Program-made: the position numbers and the translations under genes | DNA from: a virus | Taxonomy: Duplodnaviria > Caudoviricetes | DNA length: 35,923 nucleotides | Virus record (IMG/VR): IMGVR_UViG_3300037608_000265 | Location: 1 to 35,923 of that record | Reading direction: 5' to 3' (one strand) | The notes under the pieces: model-generated | Databases searched by the model: none | The model's input: the letters and a program-made list of their open reading frames with translations, nothing else | What the model was told of the DNA's origin: nothing | Shown: positions 25,464 through 33,516 of the stretch, piece after piece | How the letters are laid out: every line of letters begins with the position of its first letter | Position numbering within the stretch: the stretch's first letter is position 1

Positions 25464-27506
25464 TCACCTCCGGTTCATCCATGATGGTCGACTGAAATTT
25501 GTCCTTGGTCTCGATCCCCTGTCTCCATCGGAATCGATGTTTTGTGGCCTTGATCTTGTTTCCGGTTTCTTCTGTAGATGCGGCGCCAGCAGCCGCAGGC
25601 CGCCGCCGGGGAATTCCATCTCTACGCAGGCCATCGCCAGCAGATCCGCATCCAAAAGATGGTTCGGGCGCTGATGGACGTTGACCCATTCCTCGTGTCC
25701 TTTATCGTTAAGCTGTTTTTGTTCCGCCAGGATCTGGGCGGCATAGTCGACGCCCGTGTCGGCATGAAGAAAAGCGGCGCCGGGCAGCGATCGTGTTTCA
25801 TCCTTTGAGGCCAACTGCAGGCGATAATGATATTGATCCTTGGCCTTATCCGTATTCACCATGATGAGCCGCAGGACATCCGGGAGTTTCTTCCCGGAGG
25901 GCGTCGAGATGATCGCATTTCCGACGCTCAACATGCCCGGCATGTTCGAACTGGATCCCTTCGATCCCCACAAGGCGACGCCGCCGCGGCCTCGGTTTTT
26001 GACCAGCCAGTAATAAACCTCTTCCGTCATGGTCATGTCTTCGTATTTCTCACTGCCTCCGGTATCCCGCAGGGCACGAAAGACGCGCATGGTCCGATCT
26101 GATCCCTCCACAGGATAGGACGTCTCATAAAGGAGCAGATCGAGGTCGTCATCGGTCTGGACGAATCCATAGTGGATCAACCAGCTCGTAAGATCCGGAG
26201 CCCAGGCCCGGACCGCAAACCAGTTTCCATACTTCTGGCTGTCGACGCCCAGCGTCAAGGCGATCGCCGCTTCCGGTACCGTCTGGGGGGGAAGCTCGCA
26301 GCGGGCCGCTAGGACCTGCTCTTCGTTCTTCGATGTGACGATGAGTTTCCAGGGCTCCGCCATATGCTTATTGTAGAAATCCTTGAACTTATTTATATCC
26401 GTCAGCCCGCGTAAATACGAAGAGGCCGGAGACGACAGGGAGACGAAACGGGAGAGCCAGGAAGGAATATGAAACCCAATCTTGACCGGACGGCGGGCCC
26501 GCAGATATTCCGCCATTTCCATGCCCGTCTTCCGGTCGCGCCATTGTCCATGCCGGACGGCGATGTCCCGGTCGTAATCGTTCCATTCCACCAGGCAATG
26601 AGGGCACTCGTACCAGGCGAGCTTTTCCGCTTCGATCGTCTCCGGCTCCTCGGAATGGCATTTTCCGTCCGGGCCCGGTTCCGTTTTGTGCGCCCACTTG
26701 ATCTGCCCGAAGGTCATCTTCTGCATGACACCGCAGGCCGGGCACTTGACCCAGTAATCGAATACAACCTGGGCTTCGGTCGTGAGGGCCTGCCAGATGT
26801 TACCTGTTTCGATCGTCGGTGTGGAGATCTTCCATTTCTTGCAATTATGTCTGTAGGTGATCAGCCGGGCCTCGCCCAGGGAAATCGGATCCGTTTCCCG
26901 TTTGCCCGCCGTGTCCGGGTACTTATCCACTTCATCAAAAATGGCATATCGGATCGGCTTATTCCCCAGCCGCGCCGCGGATCTGGCCCAAGCCATATAG
27001 ATCGGCATGTGCTGGAGGCTTATCTTCAGCATGGAGCTGTCGTCATCGAGACCGGTCATATAGCCGCGGATGGTAGGGCTATGCTTCAGCATCGGCTGGA
27101 TTCGGTCCTGGCTGTTCTCACGGGCGGTCATTTCATCCGGATAGATGCAGAGCACCGGCCCCGGATCGCGGTCGATGAGGTATCCCAGGCAGTTAAGCAC
27201 CGCCTCCGTTCCGCCGACCTGCGGGGCCTTGCAGATGATGATCGTCCGGACCGACGGGTAGAAGCTGGCGTCCATGATCCCGGCCAGGTAAGGGGTGACT
27301 TCGTTTCGCCATTTCCCCGGCAGGACTGACATGGTCACATAGCGGTGCTTCTCCGCCCACCTGGAGACGGGGATCTTCCGATGCTTGCGATAGACCTTTT
27401 TCTCCGCCTCCGAAAAGCGCACGACGTGGCGGATCTCCCCGGGGATTTCCCGGAGGGAAGGGGGCAGCCACGGGGCGCTGCGGGGGATGTGGATGGTGTT
27501 TAGCAT
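25464..27506 (-). CDS. Terminase large subunit, lambda GpA family
   Basis: VSRWAEKHR, TPYLAGIMD, KAPQVGGTE (Walker A), IFDEVDKY (Walker B), ISTPT, CPACG/CPHC, LGVDSQ and NHLLD motifs. Confidence 0.96.
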   Translation of the reverse strand: MLNTIHIPRSAPWLPPSLREIPGEIRHVVRFSEAEKKVYRKHRKIPVSRWAEKHRYVTMSVLPGKWRNEVTPYLAGIMDASFYPSVRTIIICKAPQVGGTEAVLNCLGYLIDRDPGPVLCIYPDEMTARENSQDRIQPMLKHSPTIRGYMTGLDDDSSMLKISLQHMPIYMAWARSAARLGNKPIRYAIFDEVDKYPDTAGKRETDPISLGEARLITYRHNCKKWKISTPTIETGNIWQALTTEAQVVFDYWVKCPACGVMQKMTFGQIKWAHKTEPGPDGKCHSEEPETIEAEKLAWYECPHCLVEWNDYDRDIAVRHGQWRDRKTGMEMAEYLRARRPVKIGFHIPSWLSRFVSLSSPASSYLRGLTDINKFKDFYNKHMAEPWKLIVTSKNEEQVLAARCELPPQTVPEAAIALTLGVDSQKYGNWFAVRAWAPDLTSWLIHYGFVQTDDDLDLLLYETSYPVEGSDRTMRVFRALRDTGGSEKYEDMTMTEEVYYWLVKNRGRGGVALWGSKGSSSNMPGMLSVGNAIISTPSGKKLPDVLRLIMVNTDKAKDQYHYRLQLASKDETRSLPGAAFLHADTGVDYAAQILAEQKQLNDKGHEEWVNVHQRPNHLLDADLLAMACVEMEFPGGGLRLLAPHLQKKPETRSRPQNIDSDGDRGSRPRTNFSRPSWMNRR

Positions 27507-27871
27507 TAAACGCTCACCTTTTGAGGGATCCTTGATAATTTTGATATTAAATTCATTGTCTTCATATAATCCGACCTAGGATCAAAACTACCGCAGCCCC
27601 CTCGATCTTCGAGAACCTCTTTGAGCTTGACAATGCCGGTTTTAATAACGGTCAAAGTACATAGTTTATGGTAAGTATTTATATCTCTTTCACTCCGCAC
27701 CATAGGATGGGCATAGCAGGCAAGCGGGCACACTCCACAAAAACGATCTTCAACCTCCTGACAGAAAACCAGATGATCGTCAAAAAGTGGCAAAAATGAC
27801 CGGTTAGACCATTCAGTGTTCCTGATCAGAAAAACATGATCGATCATCTTAGGATATCGATTCATGATCAT
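27506..27871 (-). CDS. AT-rich hypothetical protein inserted between the terminase subunits
   Basis: ORF fills the terS-terL gap, is visibly more AT-rich and is coupled to the terL start. Start uncertain. Confidence 0.55.
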   Translation of the reverse strand: MIMNRYPKMIDHVFLIRNTEWSNRSFLPLFDDHLVFCQEVEDRFCGVCPLACYAHPMVRSERDINTYHKLCTLTVIKTGIVKLKEVLEDRGGCGSFDPRSDYMKTMNLISKLSRIPQKVSV

Positions 27872-28631
27872 CCTCAATGTCTTCTCCGTCCCCGTGTGGC
27901 TCCTCATCGATCACCACCTCGTAATCAACGGCACTGGCATAACTGTTTATGTGCTCGTCCAGGTCATGGTTCATGAGGTTAATCAGATCGCCCACCTTTT
28001 TCATGTCCCCGGCCACCGCCCGGATCCACTCCGCTGCCCTGGACTGTACCCAGTGCTTCAGACCCGCATCCAAAACACCGGCCCGGGCCGCCAGTTCCAG
28101 TTCCATCTGTTCTTTCGGGACATATTTCTCCTGGTCTCGATCAAAGGCGAACGACTTGCGCTTTCTTTCGAGTTCCAGGTTCTGCAGCTCCAGTTCCAGT
28201 TTTCTCCGCTGCATCTCGTCCATCTTGTCATCGATGCGCTTGCCGGTCGATTTCTGCTTCAGGAAAGTCCTGGCGTATTTGTCGGCGTCTTTCTGACGAT
28301 AGGTCCCGTCCGGCCCGGGCAGGATTTTCCCTTCCTTCTGATGTCGGTAGAGACTCGTCTTCGTAACTTTCCAGCCCGACTGGATCAGATAATCGAGGAC
28401 GTCGGCGATGGTCTCGAACGTATCGCTTTGCTCTTCCCCGTTTTTCATTTGTGTTTCAAATTTATCCATGGCTGCTTGCGCCGACTCCCAGTTCCGGAGA
28501 TTCGAGGCTGTAGGTGCCTGCTGATATTCCATGGCACTTTTCGCCGCTCCGTTGAAAAGCAGAATTCCTTTTTTCCTGATCTCGTCCGGTTTTCCGGCGA
28601 TCAGGTTCTCGAAGGATGCTTTGTCCATCAT
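27849..28631 (-). CDS. Terminase small subunit (Nu1-like)
   Basis: HTH (IADVLDYL..SGWKVTKTSLYRH..EGKI), coiled coil and KYVPKE motif; upstream of GpA. Confidence 0.7.
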   Translation of the reverse strand: MMDKASFENLIAGKPDEIRKKGILLFNGAAKSAMEYQQAPTASNLRNWESAQAAMDKFETQMKNGEEQSDTFETIADVLDYLIQSGWKVTKTSLYRHQKEGKILPGPDGTYRQKDADKYARTFLKQKSTGKRIDDKMDEMQRRKLELELQNLELERKRKSFAFDRDQEKYVPKEQMELELAARAGVLDAGLKHWVQSRAAEWIRAVAGDMKKVGDLINLMNHDLDEHINSYASAVDYEVVIDEEPHGDGEDIEDDHESIS

Positions 28632-28696
28632 CTCCGTCTATGATGTGTGAAATCCTGTCCATTTACATGAGGCCCCTTTTCTGTTATGACCCTCAT

Positions 28697-28771
28697 GCGG
28701 ATGGTAGCGCTTGCGCCCTGTGGCCGACACAGGTTCTTCCGGGGTTGCCGCCCCTCAAGAATACTGTCCGC
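28697..28771 (+). ncRNA. Candidate structured RNA/DNA element (four-way junction)
   Basis: P1 GCGGATGGTA/TACTGTCCGC encloses GCG-CTTG-CGC, CCTGTG-GCCGA-CACAGG and TTCTT..GGGGT-TGCC-GCCCC..AAGAA. Confidence 0.45.
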
Positions 28772-28779
28772 TTCTCCAT

Positions 28780-30084
28780 TCAATCACGGTGGATCAGTGC
28801 TGCCCGGTTACCCGTGAACTGCTCCCACCGCTTGACATCAACATCACAATAGACCTCTGACAACTCCATCGCATAGCCGGAACGGTCCGTTTGTTCCGCG
28901 GCCATCAACGTGCTTCCGGATCCGCTGAACGCATCCAGGACCTTCTCTCCTGGACGTGAACTATTCCGGATCGCCCGGGCGCACAATGCGATCGGCTTCA
29001 TCGTCGGATGTTCCTCACTTCTTCCCGGCTTCGGGAAAGGCCAGATATCGCTTTCAATCCCGCAGGCCTCAACACGGACCAGGGGAACACCGTCACTATC
29101 AAGCGTGACCTGGTTCATGCCGTAAACATCGCCCAGGTTGCGGACGCCGGACCAATAATGAGTAGATCCATCGAACCAGCCGTAAAGAATCGGTTCGTAC
29201 TGGCGCTGATAATTCGCCCGGCCGATCGTGAATTGATTTTTTACCCAGATCAGGAAGTCGGAAAAATGCCCGCCGCAATCCATAAAAGCACGCTGCAGCG
29301 TGTGAAGTTCGGTGCTGGACATACAGACATAGACGTCGCCGATGACATAGGGCCGAAAAGCGGCGATCGCATTCCGCAGAAAAAGGTAGAATCCCTCGTT
29401 CGTTTTGAAGTGATCGTTCAGAATCTTTCTTCCTGCGTTCTCTTTCGACACTTTCTTTCGCATTTTGTCCTTCATGGTGGCGCCGTAATTGACGTTATAC
29501 GGCGGATCGGTGAAGACCATGTCGGCTCTGTTTCCGGCCATCAATTTGTCCATGTCCTCGGCCAAGGTCGAATCCCCGCACATCAGGCGATGACGCCCGA
29601 GCTGATAGATATCGCCGCGCCTCGAGGACGGCGTTTTGATCTTCTCCGCTTCTTTTTCTGCGTCGAAATCGTCCTCAACTACACCGCGCCCCAGGAGCTT
29701 CTCTATTTCCGCCCGGCTGAATTGCGTCAGCTCTATATCCAGATCGTATGTCTCGAGTTCCACAATCAGATCCTTCAAGAGCGGCATATCCCATTCACCG
29801 GCCGGATTATCGAGGGCGATGTTAAGGGCCTTTTCCTTCTCGATCGGCAGATCCACAATAGAAACCTCAGCCGCGGTGAAACCGAGTTCCCGGAGGACCA
29901 TCAGGCGCTTATCGCCGCTGACGAGATTATCGGTCTGGCGATTCCAGACCACCGGATCCACATAGCCGAATTCAAGAATCGACTTCTTCAATCTCTCATA
30001 TGCGCCGTCGCCCGGATTCAATTTCTTCCTGGGATGGAACGCAGGGGAGAGCAGGGCCTCGATCGGCATGACTTTAATTTCCAT
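28780..30084 (-). CDS. ParB-like nuclease domain fused to an N6/N4 DNA methyltransferase
   Basis: LKKSILEFGYVDPVVWN (ParB-like); HRLMCGDS, FTDPPYNV, HPTMKP and VLDAFSGSGSTL. Confidence 0.93.
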   Translation of the reverse strand: MEIKVMPIEALLSPAFHPRKKLNPGDGAYERLKKSILEFGYVDPVVWNRQTDNLVSGDKRLMVLRELGFTAAEVSIVDLPIEKEKALNIALDNPAGEWDMPLLKDLIVELETYDLDIELTQFSRAEIEKLLGRGVVEDDFDAEKEAEKIKTPSSRRGDIYQLGRHRLMCGDSTLAEDMDKLMAGNRADMVFTDPPYNVNYGATMKDKMRKKVSKENAGRKILNDHFKTNEGFYLFLRNAIAAFRPYVIGDVYVCMSSTELHTLQRAFMDCGGHFSDFLIWVKNQFTIGRANYQRQYEPILYGWFDGSTHYWSGVRNLGDVYGMNQVTLDSDGVPLVRVEACGIESDIWPFPKPGRSEEHPTMKPIALCARAIRNSSRPGEKVLDAFSGSGSTLMAAEQTDRSGYAMELSEVYCDVDVKRWEQFTGNRAALIHRD

Positions 30085-30096
30085 CGATACTCTCCA

Positions 30097-30450
30097 TCAC
30101 CACTTTATGAGCACGCCATGCAAAGGCAGCTCGTGTTCTTTGTGAAAAAAAGATAAAAACGACGTTGCATCTCGAAATCCGTCCGCCAAAGCAAGATCCC
30201 TTAGTTCCTTTGCCGAAAGCATGCGCCCGGAGATATAAACGCTCATGTGATGAATCTCTATCGCCTCAACGGATGCGCACGTTGCTTCTATGAGCTTACG
30301 GCAAGCCTTCGTTCTCATTCCTGTATATAGATAGAGCTTGTCGCCCGGTTTTGCGTCGAGCCCGTTTTTTCTGTGTGCGCGGATCGTCTGTCTTTTCGAT
30401 CCTTCTTCCACGCGTGAGGCGAATTGCTTCTTAAAATTATAGGCTGGCAT
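30097..30450 (-). CDS. ASCH/PUA-like domain protein
   Basis: NFKKQF...GSKRQTIR...PGDKLYLYTGMRTK...ALADGF; SD GGAGG. Confidence 0.7.
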   Translation of the reverse strand: MPAYNFKKQFASRVEEGSKRQTIRAHRKNGLDAKPGDKLYLYTGMRTKACRKLIEATCASVEAIEIHHMSVYISGRMLSAKELRDLALADGFRDATSFLSFFHKEHELPLHGVLIKW

Positions 30451-30667
30451 TTTTCCTCCACTCCCAGATCCCCCAGACCGACAGGAGAAAGTAAACAAAA
30501 AACATAAACGCCTGGGCCGGTACGCCTTTGTGATAATCAACAATGGTCCATGATAAGTTGGTCACCGCCCAGATATAGAAGCATTCCCGACGGCGTTTGA
30601 TGTTAAGGACCACGCCGATCAAGGAGGCGATAGTCAGGATGATGGTGATGGTGTGAAAGGTGATCAT
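30437..30667 (-). CDS. PnuC-like three-TM membrane protein (half transporter)
   Basis: LIGVVLNIKRRRECFYIWAVTN...YFLLSVWGIWEW matches one PnuC repeat. Confidence 0.65.
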   Translation of the reverse strand: MITFHTITIILTIASLIGVVLNIKRRRECFYIWAVTNLSWTIVDYHKGVPAQAFMFFVYFLLSVWGIWEWRKNASL

Positions 30668-30954
30668 TCAGCAACCCTCGATATTTCAAGGCAGGACATA
30701 ATGACCCATTCTTCCTGGATCCCGTAAATCGGACCAGCAAGAATGAATTCGATTTCAACCAGCAACTGACGGCCTGTGTACTCCAGGGGCCATTCTCCGG
30801 TTTTCATCTGCTCTCCCGTGTACCGCGTTTCTTCCAATACGAGGGCGTCGCCTATCTGATAATCTCGATCGTTTTTTCTTATTTCCCATGGCTTCCGACC
30901 ATCCCAACTGGCCTGAAATGCTTCCCGGTCGGTTTTTAATTTCTGGATTTTCAT
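30664..30954 (-). CDS. DUF3850/ASCH domain protein
   Basis: G.KPWEIRKNDRDYQIGDALVLEE...YTGR. Confidence 0.8.
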   Translation of the reverse strand: MKIQKLKTDREAFQASWDGRKPWEIRKNDRDYQIGDALVLEETRYTGEQMKTGEWPLEYTGRQLLVEIEFILAGPIYGIQEEWVIMSCLEISRVAE

Positions 30955-30970
30955 TTTTCCGTCTCCACGA

Positions 30971-31225
30971 TCATTTAAGCCAATCACACTTGTCCCGGTT
31001 TAATTCCTGGGCGTCGCATTTGTAATCGGGACGCACCCGATACCGGGCAGACCCCTTTAATCCAATTATATTGCATCGATTTTCAATTCTCTGTCTGTCG
31101 GCAGTCTCGAGGATGATATGATTCGGAACGAAGTGCATGCAGTATTGGCAATTCTCGCAATCATTCGTGCTTCCCTTCCTGTAATGAAGATCGTCTTTCT
31201 CTTTTAATCTCGGCATGGCGCCCAT
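30971..31225 (-). CDS. Small Cys-rich protein (CxxCxxF...C...C, HiPIP/Zn-finger-like)
   Basis: YRKG...CENCQYCMHF...RC...KCD. Confidence 0.6.
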   Translation of the reverse strand: MGAMPRLKEKDDLHYRKGSTNDCENCQYCMHFVPNHIILETADRQRIENRCNIIGLKGSARYRVRPDYKCDAQELNRDKCDWLK

Positions 31226-31235
31226 ATTTACCCCC

Positions 31236-32558
31236 TCAATAAATGAAATTCGTCCCGTCTATTTCTTCCGCCGGGTGATTCAGAATATAGTCCGTCACTC
31301 CCGGCACACGAAAAACCAACTCATTAATCCGGCCGCCCGTGTACTTCCCATTACGGAGGACCGTAAAGCGCTCAACCGTGGTGATGATCTTCACCCCGGG
31401 ATTGCCGCGGAGAAGGCGATACAGCTCCATGATCAGCGGGGGGAGTTCCGGACTCGCCTTGACTTCGTCGGCTTTTTCTTTCTCCGGTGGCCTGGTTAAT
31501 TCCTTTTCCTTCTTTTGCGCCCCGGCCTCGATCGTCATTGCCGGCGGGAGCCCCGCTTTAATCCAGCTTTCCAAGTCTATCCCCAGCCTAGCAGCATCGC
31601 CGGGATCCTTGCCCCGCGGAACCGGCCAGCGATCACATTGTCCGAATTGCTCGGTCCACCAGGCCATCGCCTTGGCGCCCGCTGCATCGTAATCCAGGGC
31701 GTTGAGTATCTGCAGGGACCCCTTCAAGATGCCGTATGTTTCGGCGTCCGGTTTCGCGCTGACCGATCCCATGGCCGCAGATCCGGCCAGGGAATTACCG
31801 GCCACAACCGCGACCGCATCCAGTTCGGACTCCACAATAACAAAGGCCCGCCGGTCACGGCCGATAATCATCGTCGACATCGAGGATCCGGGAAGGACGT
31901 AGTATCTCGGTTCGCCTTCCGGCCGGCGGATCCGGATGCGCTGGATGACGCCGTCAATGATGTAGGGGATGACCAGGCCGCGGGGGATCCATAGCTTCTT
32001 CGGTTTTCCTTCGTCTTTCAGCTCCTCCGGAAGCCCCCAGGACTGACGCGGCCGGTAGAGATCCTTCTCCTTTTCGCCGGGATTCCAGCCGAGGCGATGA
32101 TCCCTCGCCGTTTCGCGGTTGATCCCCCGCTGACCAAGCCAGGCGATGACGTCCTGGTTGTTTTCCAGCGCCGCCTGGGACCAGGTAACGAGCTTTTCCG
32201 CTCTTTCCTGCCACAGATCCGCCGGCGGAATGTGCTCTGTCGGGGTAAATGAAGGCTTTTCTTTCTTCTCCTGGCGCATTGCTCCCGGAGCATCAGGCCG
32301 ATCCGGGGTTGATACGCCCAGCGCGGAGCACGCATCCCGGAACGAAAGGCCCTCAAAATCGCGCAGGAACTGAATATTGTCCCCGCTTTTCTCACAACCC
32401 CGGCACCAATACCCGCCGTTTCCCTCATTCTGCGCCGGCCAAACATGAAAGCGATCGGTGCCGCCGCACCCCGGGCACGGCCCCTGCCACTCGCCGCCGT
32501 TCGTTCCGGACGACTTGTGCAGATTCACTTTTCTTGATGCCAGGTCGAGGACGTTCAT
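31236..32558 (-). CDS. DNA primase (N-terminal Zn-binding domain plus TOPRIM)
   Basis: EWQGPCPGCGGTDRF...YWCRGC; IVESELDA, ALDYDAAG and GKDPGD TOPRIM motifs. Confidence 0.9.
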   Translation of the reverse strand: MNVLDLASRKVNLHKSSGTNGGEWQGPCPGCGGTDRFHVWPAQNEGNGGYWCRGCEKSGDNIQFLRDFEGLSFRDACSALGVSTPDRPDAPGAMRQEKKEKPSFTPTEHIPPADLWQERAEKLVTWSQAALENNQDVIAWLGQRGINRETARDHRLGWNPGEKEKDLYRPRQSWGLPEELKDEGKPKKLWIPRGLVIPYIIDGVIQRIRIRRPEGEPRYYVLPGSSMSTMIIGRDRRAFVIVESELDAVAVVAGNSLAGSAAMGSVSAKPDAETYGILKGSLQILNALDYDAAGAKAMAWWTEQFGQCDRWPVPRGKDPGDAARLGIDLESWIKAGLPPAMTIEAGAQKKEKELTRPPEKEKADEVKASPELPPLIMELYRLLRGNPGVKIITTVERFTVLRNGKYTGGRINELVFRVPGVTDYILNHPAEEIDGTNFIY

Positions 32559-32565
32559 TTGCTTT

Positions 32566-33051
32566 TCAATTCTTAATCTTTATCATTCTATAAACTACAC
32601 GGCCGTTACTCTTATGTTTTGCGAAACGCTCGCCCATCAGCCGCCCAAACCAAGTATTCGTCGGTATGTCACCCGCCTTGTTTTCTCGGTACCAATTAAC
32701 AAAACGAAGATATAGATCTTTGGCGTTTGTTGTCGCATATTTCTCTTGGCTACAACATTCATCTATAAAATCATTGATAATATTTTTATATTCATTGTTC
32801 TCTGTTATTTGAAGCTCAACGCCCGGAGCCACATATCCGCCACTTCCTATTGACTCACATAAAGCAGAGTATATTTTAACAATATCCATGCGAGAGTGCC
32901 GACGTCCATCGATCCGGGCGAATTGACAAGCAATATGTAATAGTTGAGCCCTGAGATTTATTCGGATTCCACTTTGGTTCTCGGTCATCATATCTTTTAA
33001 TTCTTCGATTTCTAAATCCAGGCTTCGATTCCCATCATCTCTTCCCATCAC
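32566..33051 (-). CDS. Protein carrying a paralogous copy of the helicase C-terminal winged-helix domain
   Basis: DFIDECC...LY.RFV.WY..N.....P..TWFG......K.KSNG...Y aligns by eye with the C-terminus of 33499..35118; AT-rich. Confidence 0.7.
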   Translation of the reverse strand: MMGRDDGNRSLDLEIEELKDMMTENQSGIRINLRAQLLHIACQFARIDGRRHSRMDIVKIYSALCESIGSGGYVAPGVELQITENNEYKNIINDFIDECCSQEKYATTNAKDLYLRFVNWYRENKAGDIPTNTWFGRLMGERFAKHKSNGRVVYRMIKIKN

Positions 33052-33516
33052 AACTGACCCCTTTCTTTTATAGTTGTAGACCCTTTTTTAAACCCTCCAG
33101 CCTTTTCCATTAAACCCTCCTTTTTCTCTCTTTTTATATCTATCTATTTTCATTACAGTATTAATAATTATAAATTATAATACCCCCCACCTAAATGCCC
33201 TTTATGGAGAGTCTGATACATTTTGCATATATTTAACGCGTATACATTTTCATAAAACCATAAGCGGAAAAAACCCTGGAATTTTCCCCAACCCTCTCGC
33301 CAAATTTTCTAACCAGGGTGTCTATGACCATCACTTCTGAATGGTTACGCGATGTTGTGTGGTGCCCGCGGCGATCACCGAAAAAAGCAAACCCTCCTGG
33401 ATTTCCTGCCGCGCTTCCCGGTTTGCGGAGGGTTTGACCATTGTTTGGTGTATTTCCTGATTTTGTAATCATTGATAACGGCGCAAGTAATATCATTGTT
33501 AACCCTCTAACCCTCC
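33052..33516. other. Probable replication origin: AT-rich tract plus AACCCTC(C/T) iterons
   Basis: AACCCTCC or AACCCTCT at about 33091, 33113, 33290, 33390, 33501 and 33509; inverted GGAGGGTT at 33427; AT-rich 33121-33181; lies between helicase and primase. Confidence 0.7.

Noticed and set aside
28697-28778. tRNA gene (cloverleaf-sized fold followed by CCA)
   Set aside because: No TTC T-loop, no D-loop GG, no U33, and arm geometry does not fit a tRNA; kept only as an unknown structured element.
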